64,000 nucleotides of DNA from Planctomycetota bacterium. Lineage in GTDB: Bacteria > Planctomycetota > Brocadiia > SM23-32 > JAKLEA01. The notes beneath the pieces are model-generated. The model was not told the origin of the DNA. It ran no database searches and saw nothing but the letters and a program-made list of their open reading frames with translations. Each line of letters opens with the position of its first letter. Position 1 is the stretch's first letter. The DNA lies in NCBI GenBank assembly GCA_022711755.1, contig JAKLEA010000010.1:128899-192898 (forward strand). Reading direction: 5' to 3'. Position numbers and translations under genes: made by a program. Shown here in pieces: positions 29,030-36,611 of the stretch.

Positions 29030-30600
29030 TTCGCATTGCCCGCCGCAGGGGGAGGGGACGCCGACCGGCGCTCGATGAGCGCGTCCCAGAGATCGGTCCG
29101 GATGTAACAGAGGATGAAAAGCTCCGGCCTTAGGCCGAAGTACTCCTCGTGATATTCCTTCTCAAGAACGGGAAGCAACTGCTCGCGGTATTCCGGCGCA
29201 AGCAGGATTATCGCGGCGCGAGAGTCGGCGGGCGGGTTTGTCCAGAAGCCGACGTTGTCGAATTTGCGCAGGTACCACGGAAGCGGCCAGTAATCCGGCG
29301 CAATCACCTTCACGGTCAGGTTGTGCCGCTCCGGGCTGACGGAGGCGACCTCCTCGACGCGCTCGTAAAGGTGCTCGACGTCATGGACTGGGTGGCCGTA
29401 GACGTAGGGATTGCGCCTGTCCGTATGGAAGCGGAAGTTGAGCAGATAAGTCTGAGCCAGAAGATTTGCGATCCCCGCGGCCATGAGTATGCGGATGATG
29501 TCCTTTCGCGGGACGGTTCGCTGGGCTCTGACCAGGGAGACGGCGCCGACGCCGCCAAGCAGAACCATGCCCTGAAGGGGGCCGAGGGCGCACCAGGGGG
29601 TTTTATACGGAATGGCCGAGTACGCGGCGAGCAAGAGGATGGTGTAGAAGGCCAGGAAGCGGCAGAGCGGGGCCTCGTCGCCGTTGAGGATTCGCGGCGA
29701 GAAGGCGTAGTAAGCGCCCGTGAGCGCCATTACCAGGATGAACGCCTCAGACCATAGATAGCGGTCGCCGTGGCGATTATAGAGCAGAAGCTTGAGGTAG
29801 AAGTTCCAGGGGTGGACGTGGGCGTCGCGCGCGCCGGCATGATGGAAGTAACGGAAGTAGGTGAGGACGGAATCGAGCGGCCCGCGCGGATTGCTGAGCA
29901 GGGAGGAGAAGAGGACGGCGGAAACGCCGGCGCCGAGGAGGACAGCGGCGACGACGTAGCGGCGGTCCGGGCGAAACTTCTCCGCCGTGACGCCGCCGAA
30001 TCTGCGGTTCCAGAGATGCGTCAGGAACAGCGCTCCGGCCATCGCGGCGAAGGCGACGACGCAGGTCTCCTTCGTGGCGTGCATGAGGCCCGCGCCGAGG
30101 CCGGCCAGGAGCAGCCACCCGTCGTCGCGGCTGCGGTAGTATCGCCAGCATCCGCCGATGACCAGGAGCGTGAAGAAGATGAGCAGCGTCTCGTGGATGT
30201 AATACCGGCTGTAGAAGACCATCGCCGGGGAGACGGCTGCCAGCATCGCGGCGTAAAGGACGATCCATCGCCCCAGCTCCTTCGCAAAGAGGAACAGGAA
30301 CGGGATCATGAGCGCGCCGAGGACGGCGGGGAGCGAGCGGAACACGGTTTCGCCGGTCTGCGCGAAGCTGCCGGCCCCGCTCAGCCACATCGGGATGAAG
30401 CTCAGATAGTAGAGGCTGGGTCCGTGATATTCGTCGGGGTCGTAACGATACTCGTTAAGGTCGTACAGATAGCGGAACTTGATAGTGTTGACGGCTTCAT
30501 CGCCATGCATGGGCCGCGCGTCGAGGGCGATAATCCTCAGCGCGACGGCCCCGGCCAGCGCGGCCGCCATCAGGACGCGGAACGTCCAGCGTCTAGTCAT
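29026..30600 (-). CDS. polytopic membrane protein, GT-C fold / glycosyltransferase family 39 (ArnT/PMT)-like
   Basis: 524 aa with more than 10 TM helices and an N-terminal periplasmic-loop DE motif (PMHGDEAVN) typical of ArnT/PMT GT-C enzymes. The start overlaps the upstream stop by 4 nt. Confidence 0.55.
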   Translation of the reverse strand: MTRRWTFRVLMAAALAGAVALRIIALDARPMHGDEAVNTIKFRYLYDLNEYRYDPDEYHGPSLYYLSFIPMWLSGAGSFAQTGETVFRSLPAVLGALMIPFLFLFAKELGRWIVLYAAMLAAVSPAMVFYSRYYIHETLLIFFTLLVIGGCWRYYRSRDDGWLLLAGLGAGLMHATKETCVVAFAAMAGALFLTHLWNRRFGGVTAEKFRPDRRYVVAAVLLGAGVSAVLFSSLLSNPRGPLDSVLTYFRYFHHAGARDAHVHPWNFYLKLLLYNRHGDRYLWSEAFILVMALTGAYYAFSPRILNGDEAPLCRFLAFYTILLLAAYSAIPYKTPWCALGPLQGMVLLGGVGAVSLVRAQRTVPRKDIIRILMAAGIANLLAQTYLLNFRFHTDRRNPYVYGHPVHDVEHLYERVEEVASVSPERHNLTVKVIAPDYWPLPWYLRKFDNVGFWTNPPADSRAAIILLAPEYREQLLPVLEKEYHEEYFGLRPELFILCYIRTDLWDALIERRSASPPPAAGNAK

Positions 30601-31304
30601 TTTGCAGGCTTGCCGTAGACTTCAACCTCTGTGTAGTGGTTCATGTCGTCGGCGGTGCTGCCTTTGCTGTAAAGGCGGATGTAACGGGCCTTGACGCCCT
30701 TGGCGTCAATGTATTTGCCCTCGTAGGTCTCGAAGTAATGCTTGTCCTTGCCGATGCCCAGGCCGGTGGAGTTGTCGTTGTCGTTGTTGAACAGGGTCTG
30801 GACGTTGGTGATGAAGTCCGGATCATCCGCTGTCTGGATGACGACGCCCTTGTAGATGCGGGGGTCGCGGTGATAGTGCCAGACCATGACGGCGTAGAGT
30901 TCGCTCTGGGCGCCGAGGTCAATCTGGACGTGCTGGAGGCCGGGTCCGAGTTCGACGTAGCCGTCCTCCGTGGCCTCCTTGTATCCGTCGGTGACGTTCT
31001 TGAGGTCGCCGACGATCGGCTCCTCGTCGCTGCCTGTGATCTCCTTGTCCTTGGCGAGGTTGTCGCAGCCCTTCGGCACCTTGATGGCCGGGCGGGGGCC
31101 TTTGCGGGCCGGTTCAAGGTTCAGTCCGGGAGGGACGTTCTTTGGCGTTCCGGCGAAGACGGGCTTGGGCAGTTCCAGTTGAAGGTCAACCAGGTCGGCG
31201 TTCGCCGCGGTTGACGCGCACTTTGCCTCCTCCGCGCGGGCGATTGTCGCGCCCAGCAGCGCGGCGGTCACGATCAGGATCGGCAGGTATGTTCGGTTTT
31301 TCAT
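30597..31304 (-). CDS. secreted F5/8 type C (discoidin)-like carbohydrate-binding domain protein
   Basis: Start MKNRTYLPILIVTAALLGA is preceded by AAGGAG. The C-terminus VQIDLGAQSELYAV...ARYIRLY is discoidin-like. The longer ORF up to 31949 is a spurious extension that overlaps the cytochrome b gene. Confidence 0.55.
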   Translation of the reverse strand: MKNRTYLPILIVTAALLGATIARAEEAKCASTAANADLVDLQLELPKPVFAGTPKNVPPGLNLEPARKGPRPAIKVPKGCDNLAKDKEITGSDEEPIVGDLKNVTDGYKEATEDGYVELGPGLQHVQIDLGAQSELYAVMVWHYHRDPRIYKGVVIQTADDPDFITNVQTLFNNDNDNSTGLGIGKDKHYFETYEGKYIDAKGVKARYIRLYSKGSTADDMNHYTEVEVYGKPAK

Positions 31305-31996
31305 GATGATGTCTCCTTGTCTTTCCCGCTCTTTTCCCACAACGGGTGATGGGCCTTGGCCCACTTTTCGCTTACGCGGCCCGTAATGATTGCCTGAATT
31401 GTTCCGGGATTGGCCAGCGTGCCCAGGTAGGCGTGAGCGAGCGCCCACGCGACCAGGAAGAGCGCGCTGAGCCGGTGAACCCACAGCAGAACGCATTGCC
31501 CCGTCGGGTCCAGCGCCGGCCAGAGCCTGCCCAGGCCGGACAGGATGACCGCGAACCCGGCAGTCGCGACGATCCAGAAATATGCCTTCTGCCCGGCGTT
31601 GAAACGCCCGGCGGGCAGGTGGTCGCGCTTCCAGATGTACCCGCCCATCTGGATCATCCAGCGCAGGTCGTAGGGCTTGAATCCGGCGTCGGCGGACCAT
31701 CCGGCCACAATCAGCGCGGCGCCGATCGCGAAGGCCGGGGCGGCATAGTAGTGGTAAAGCATCAGTTTGCCCGTCAGCGACGGCCATCCGGACAGAACGG
31801 CGTAGAAACCCGTGGCTCCCAGCGTCAGGAAGGACAGCAGCGTCAGCGCATGAGCCAGTCGCTCCAGGACGCTGAACCTGCGAATTTCCGGCTTGCCGCC
31901 GCCGGCGTCCTTGTGAGGCGGACCGAAAACCAGCAGGTGCAGGACGCACGCTCCCGCTGTTCCTATTATCGCAGCTATGGCGAGGACGCGAAACAC
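31301..31996 (-). CDS. membrane cytochrome b subunit (Ni/Fe-hydrogenase / formate dehydrogenase gamma-type, b561-like)
   Basis: Four TM helices with conserved His residues (HALTLLSF, HYYAAPAF, HRLSALFLVAWALAHAY). The start codon abuts the stop of the multiheme cytochrome gene. Confidence 0.7.
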   Translation of the reverse strand: MFRVLAIAAIIGTAGACVLHLLVFGPPHKDAGGGKPEIRRFSVLERLAHALTLLSFLTLGATGFYAVLSGWPSLTGKLMLYHYYAAPAFAIGAALIVAGWSADAGFKPYDLRWMIQMGGYIWKRDHLPAGRFNAGQKAYFWIVATAGFAVILSGLGRLWPALDPTGQCVLLWVHRLSALFLVAWALAHAYLGTLANPGTIQAIITGRVSEKWAKAHHPLWEKSGKDKETSS

Positions 31997-33856
31997 CTAT
32001 TCCTTCTCCGATTCGTCGGCGCAGAACGGGCAGGTCTCAAAGCCCTTCAACGCGCCGGCGATTGCCAGGCAGAGGTTATGCAGAACCGTGATTCCCATGA
32101 CCGCCAGGGAACCGAGCATCACGGCGGTGAAGACCGGGCGCAGCTTCAGGGCGGGCGCCCAGCAGTTCATCAATTCCCCGTCCACTCCCTGGAACGCGGA
32201 CATGGCAGTCGAGGCGGGCTTGTCAGCCGCGGGGGAGGCGTCGGCGGTTACGGTTCCGTGGAAGAACGCGGAGTTCTTTTCGTGGCAGTCCGCGCACCCG
32301 CCCGCGCCGAGGGACTGCTGCGCCGGGCGAACGTCGTGCGCCATGGCCCATGCGTAAGGCTTCGCCTCGCCGCCCGCCTTGCCGCCGGCGGAGTAGACGC
32401 ACCCGCCGGAAACGTAGACCGCCGTTCCTTCCCCGGCGGTCTCGGCTAGCGCTTCGAGCACCTTGTCCACGGTCTCTTTGGCAAGCCCGGCGGCTTTCTT
32501 CTCCCCGCCCTCTTCAGAGGCGGCGACCTTGAGAATTGAGCCGGCCGCTTTGGCTACCTTTGCGGGCGGGATGGGTTGTATCCCGCTTCCGGTCATGACG
32601 CCCCAGAAGGCGGGCCACATCATGCGGTGCGGCGCAATCTTCCCGTCCGCGTTCCGGATGAAGACGGGCTGAACTATGCGCGGGGGATCGTCGTTGCCGC
32701 GGTGCAGGCTGGACGGACCGAGGTTGTGCGCCATGGCCGTCTGGACGGGGATGGTCTGGGCTTCCGGCTTCGGGCCGGAGTGGCAGGCCGTGCAACTCAG
32801 CTTGTCCAGGTGGAGTCCGGGCAGACCTGCGTGGCGGGGTCGGGGGGCGCCGAAACGCCCCTGATTCGCGTCGCCGAGGTGACAGCCGCGGCAGGTCAGG
32901 CTCGCGCGCTCAAGATCGGCGCTTTCGCCTTCATAGCCGCGCACTATGTTGTGGCTGATGCCGTTGGCGTGGCAGTCGGAGCAGCCCATGCCGGAGGCCA
33001 GATGGACGTCGCCGTCCGTCTTCCAATCGTCCACGGGTTCCACATCGGCCCGCCTGACGGTGTGGCAGAAGTAGCAGCGGCGCGGATCGGGCTTCTTCTG
33101 AACGTTGAAGAGAACGCGCCCGTCGGAATCGAAGCGGCTCTGGTCATAGACAATTTCCGGGACGAGGTCTTCCGACCCCGGCTCCGGCATTTCCGGATCG
33201 AAATCGTCCGGGAGCCTCATCGCGGAGCCGCGCACGACGCCAAGTCCGGATACGGCAACGTGCGCCCACTTATAGTTCTGTTGCTTGATGAGGCTGCCCC
33301 ATTGCGTCTGATCGTGTTCCGGGGTCGCGTTATGGCACGTCAGACAGTCAATGGTCAGCTTGCCGCTGACGCCCCACCGGGCGTTTGGATCCTTGTCCCC
33401 GTCGGCAAGTTTCTCCCCGGGACCGCCGCCGGGCATGTGATGGCCAAACTTCTGCACGAATTCCCACGGGCTTAACCCGGCGTCGCCCGGACGGAAGGTC
33501 CCCTCCCATTTGCGGTAGGAGAGGGGGATCTGCGTTCTGGCGGCCTTATCCGTCAGAATCCAGGGTTCGCCGGGCCTGCCGGGTGGCGCTTCGGGGTCAA
33601 CGGCGTTGTAGTGCCGCCCGTTGCCCACGGCGTCGTAGTCGTGGCACTTGCCGCACGTGCCTACGGGGGAGTATGGTCCGGTTTCAGACGGCTCTTTGGG
33701 ATCAATGGTTTCCCGGCTTTCGTCGTAGAGGGAGACGCGGTGCGTGAATCGCGCGCGGCTGCCCGTACGCGGGGTTTCCGCTGCGCGGAGTCCCGCCGCA
33801 AGACCGGCTGCCGCGCTGATCAAGCACGGTAGAAGGAAAAGGCGCTTATTGCGCAT
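31997..33856 (-). CDS. membrane-anchored heptaheme c-type cytochrome
   Basis: Signal peptide, then seven CxxCH motifs (CGKCH, CLTCH, CYFCH, CSDCH, CRGCH, CTACH, CADCH). A single C-terminal TM helix (VFTAVMLGSLAVMGITVLHNLCLAIAGAL) is also present. Confidence 0.8.
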   Translation of the reverse strand: MRNKRLFLLPCLISAAAGLAAGLRAAETPRTGSRARFTHRVSLYDESRETIDPKEPSETGPYSPVGTCGKCHDYDAVGNGRHYNAVDPEAPPGRPGEPWILTDKAARTQIPLSYRKWEGTFRPGDAGLSPWEFVQKFGHHMPGGGPGEKLADGDKDPNARWGVSGKLTIDCLTCHNATPEHDQTQWGSLIKQQNYKWAHVAVSGLGVVRGSAMRLPDDFDPEMPEPGSEDLVPEIVYDQSRFDSDGRVLFNVQKKPDPRRCYFCHTVRRADVEPVDDWKTDGDVHLASGMGCSDCHANGISHNIVRGYEGESADLERASLTCRGCHLGDANQGRFGAPRPRHAGLPGLHLDKLSCTACHSGPKPEAQTIPVQTAMAHNLGPSSLHRGNDDPPRIVQPVFIRNADGKIAPHRMMWPAFWGVMTGSGIQPIPPAKVAKAAGSILKVAASEEGGEKKAAGLAKETVDKVLEALAETAGEGTAVYVSGGCVYSAGGKAGGEAKPYAWAMAHDVRPAQQSLGAGGCADCHEKNSAFFHGTVTADASPAADKPASTAMSAFQGVDGELMNCWAPALKLRPVFTAVMLGSLAVMGITVLHNLCLAIAGALKGFETCPFCADESEKE

Positions 33857-33862
33857 CGTTTA

Positions 33863-35233
33863 TCAGACCTTGAACTGCTCGGGGTTGAACTCGACCATGC
33901 CCTTCTTGGCGATTGAGTCGTTGGCGGCCAGAACGGTGACGGCCGTTTCATAGCCGACCTCGCCCGGGCAGGAAAGGGGAGTGCCGTTGCGGATTGCGTT
34001 GAAGAAGTTCTCCAAGTGGACCTGATGGGGCGGCTTGCTCAGATTGGCGACCATCTGCTCCACCACGGCATCCTTCTTGCCGCCGGCCTTGAGTGTCTCG
34101 CCGACCTTCAACGAGATCTCCGACCGTCCCATCTTATCCAACTCGGCGCTATCGTCTTCCCATTCGCGCTTCTTGGCGCGAGGCTCTTTGATGATCTTGC
34201 CGATCGTATCATCCTCAGAAATTTGCATGGTGCCTTCATCGCCAAGGAATGTTTCATATAGATTGCCGAAGCTGGACGTATTCAGGACTTGGTAGTAAGC
34301 CCTGACGGGGCCGGCTTCGGTGGCGTATTCGTAGATCGTCAGGACGTTATCGTACCACTCGCGGCCCTTGTAATAGTCCAGCCCGCCGCTGGCAATGACA
34401 GTCTTCGGCGGCGTCATAAGGAACCAGTTATAGATGTCAATCTGATGGGAGCCGAGGTCGGCGATCAGACCGCCGGAATATTGGCGGAACCAACGCCAGT
34501 TACGGAAACGCTGCATGGTGTCGTAACCGTACTTCTTAAGGGATGCTTCATCCATATCAGCGCCCTTTGCCCAGCCAATCTCGTCGCTTTGGCTGGTGCC
34601 GCGGTTCCATTGCCCGTTGCAGTGCGTGATGCGGCCCAGAATCTTGTCCTTCGTGATCATCTTCAGCGCATGGTGATAGCGCGGGTTGCTGCGGCGCTGG
34701 TGGCCGATCTGGAGGAGCTTCTTGGTTTCGCGGGAGGCGAGGACCATCTCCTTCGCTTTCGCCAGGTCGTTGGACATCTCTTTTTCGCAGTAGACGTGCA
34801 GTCCGGCCTTCATGCAGGCGATGGAGTGTTCGGCGTGGACCCAGTCCGGGCTGGCGACTATGACGGCGTCCAGGTCCTTCTCCGTGGCCAGCATGTCCTG
34901 ATAGTCCGCATAAGGCTTCGCCTCATGGTCAAACTTTTTCAGTATCTTTACCTGGCGGTTGAGGTTGAAAGCCCAAATGTCGCAGACTGCGACAAAACGG
35001 ATGCCCTCGATTTTCAGGGCGTTGTTCACCAGGTTGTTCCCCTGACTACCAGCGCCGATGATGGCGACCTTGAGATCGTCCGGCTTCGGGGTCGTCTTCG
35101 GGGTTTCCTGGGGCTTTTCCTCCTTGGCGGCCTCCTGGCCCATCACGGACGAGGAGAGGACGGCGCCTGCGCCAACCGTGGCAACGGACCGCACGAAATC
35201 GCGTCTTGAGAGCGTGAATTTGATTTCTTCCAT
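33863..35233 (-). CDS. Tat-exported periplasmic Gfo/Idh/MocA family oxidoreductase (glycoside 3-dehydrogenase-like)
   Basis: Twin-arginine signal SRRDFVRSVATVGAGA, then Rossmann motif KVAIIGAGSQG and a Gfo/Idh/MocA C-terminal domain. It lies 6 nt upstream of the heptaheme cytochrome gene. The ORF from 35284 gives a 17-aa longer N-terminus. Confidence 0.8.
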   Translation of the reverse strand: MEEIKFTLSRRDFVRSVATVGAGAVLSSSVMGQEAAKEEKPQETPKTTPKPDDLKVAIIGAGSQGNNLVNNALKIEGIRFVAVCDIWAFNLNRQVKILKKFDHEAKPYADYQDMLATEKDLDAVIVASPDWVHAEHSIACMKAGLHVYCEKEMSNDLAKAKEMVLASRETKKLLQIGHQRRSNPRYHHALKMITKDKILGRITHCNGQWNRGTSQSDEIGWAKGADMDEASLKKYGYDTMQRFRNWRWFRQYSGGLIADLGSHQIDIYNWFLMTPPKTVIASGGLDYYKGREWYDNVLTIYEYATEAGPVRAYYQVLNTSSFGNLYETFLGDEGTMQISEDDTIGKIIKEPRAKKREWEDDSAELDKMGRSEISLKVGETLKAGGKKDAVVEQMVANLSKPPHQVHLENFFNAIRNGTPLSCPGEVGYETAVTVLAANDSIAKKGMVEFNPEQFKV

Positions 35234-35342
35234 GTTGTGTATCCTTTGAATCAGAGTTGTCGGTTTATCCTGCGGACGGGTCATCCGGCGCGCCGCCGGG
35301 GTTCCGTCCCTGAATTATCAAGCGCGGCGTCCGGGCCGGCAT

Positions 35343-36341
35343 TTATTGATCCTTGAGTTCCACGACCCAGATGTTGCGGTAGCGCACCGGATTTCCGTGG
35401 TCCTGCAGGCGCAGCGGGGCGGTCGGCACGGCATCGGCCCCGGCGGCTCCGCCGGTGGGGCCGGGCACGACGAGGTTGTCATGAATGACCTCGCCGTTAT
35501 GCTCTACCGTGACCGTGACGGGCTTGACGACCTTGCCGGCGGCGTCAAAGCGCGCGGCGCGGAAGGTCATGTCGTAGGTCTGCCAGGAGAGCGGCGGGCA
35601 GCAGGCATTGACGCGCGGCTTGGCGATCTTATAGATGCCGCCGCAGTCGTTGTCCGCCGATCTCAGTCCGTATGAATCGAGAACCTGCACCTCGTAGCGA
35701 TCCTGAAGGTAGACGCCGCTGTTGGAGCGGCCCTGGCCGAGGCTGATGGGGTCGTAGCAGCAGCGGAATTCAAGGTGGAGTTTCATGTCCCCGAACGAGC
35801 GGACGGTCTTGTTGTCTCCCTTGAAGACCTCGACGCTGCCGTCCGGCATGGGCTTCCAGTTCTTGTTGATCCACTCGTCGAGGGGGGGATTTTCGCAGGG
35901 GTACTTCAGCAGGACGATCGCGCCTTCCGGGGGCTTGGCGCCCAGCGTGGGGGACTTGCGGATCGTGTATTCCGCCGCGTACTTGTCGCCCTTCTCGGAT
36001 TCCGCGGCGGCCTTGCCGTTGCCGACGGTTCCTGTCCACTTCACGCCCGCGCCTGAATCGTCAATCTTTATCACGCCGTCCTTGAGCATGCCCCTGAGGA
36101 GCAGGCGGGAAATCTTGCCCTTGTGGCCGGGTATGTCGGTCTGGAATACGACGCGATAACGCTCCTTTCCGTCCGGAACGACGTAGACGACGGCCTTCTG
36201 CTCCTCGCCGGCGGCGGGTTTGAAGGTTCCGATGTAGTCTCCCATGAGCTTGTCCGGCAGTTCCTCCAGCGTCACCTGCTGGGCGGACGCCCGGACGACG
36301 AGGACCGAGAGCAGACAGACAAGCAGGGCTGTTCGGCGCAT
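35343..36341 (-). CDS. secreted DUF1080 domain protein (3-keto-disaccharide hydrolase family)
   Basis: Signal peptide, and a C-terminal DUF1080 signature (DMKLHLEFRCC...GVYLQDRYEVQVLDS...LRLQDHGNPVRYRNIWVVEL). Confidence 0.8.
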   Translation of the reverse strand: MRRTALLVCLLSVLVVRASAQQVTLEELPDKLMGDYIGTFKPAAGEEQKAVVYVVPDGKERYRVVFQTDIPGHKGKISRLLLRGMLKDGVIKIDDSGAGVKWTGTVGNGKAAAESEKGDKYAAEYTIRKSPTLGAKPPEGAIVLLKYPCENPPLDEWINKNWKPMPDGSVEVFKGDNKTVRSFGDMKLHLEFRCCYDPISLGQGRSNSGVYLQDRYEVQVLDSYGLRSADNDCGGIYKIAKPRVNACCPPLSWQTYDMTFRAARFDAAGKVVKPVTVTVEHNGEVIHDNLVVPGPTGGAAGADAVPTAPLRLQDHGNPVRYRNIWVVELKDQ

Positions 36342-36496
36342 CTGATCTCTCCGTTGGCGGCGTCCTGCGGCTCATTTGCCGGCCCCCAGCCGCCTCGGGG
36401 ACCGCTTTGAAGGACAAGGGATCATGCGGGAGCGGGTTTGAAACCCATCCCCGCACAATTCAGGTTAACATTGAAGGGAACCAAAGTAAAGAAACA

Positions 36497-36524
36497 GGGC
36501 CGCAGAGTCAAGTCCCTGCGGCCC
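36497..36524. terminator. bidirectional intrinsic terminator-like hairpin
   Basis: gggccgcag-N10-ctgcggccc with T-runs on both strands (tgtttctttactttgg on minus, attttcgccattttt on plus). It sits just downstream of the 36612 stop. Confidence 0.5.
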
Positions 36525-36611
36525 CGGATTTTCGCCATTTTTGCGGATCGCGTCGCCTTCCGCCCGCTCAGGCTCTTTCAGTCTGGAAGCCCTTGCGCGG
36601 GCTTGCCGGAC

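Noticed and set aside
30597-31949. 450-aa version of the discoidin-domain ORF with a long Arg/Gly-rich N-terminal extension
   Set aside because: The first ~215 codons overlap the cytochrome b gene on the same strand in another frame and have junk-like composition. A good RBS (AAGGAG) and signal peptide mark the real start at 31304.
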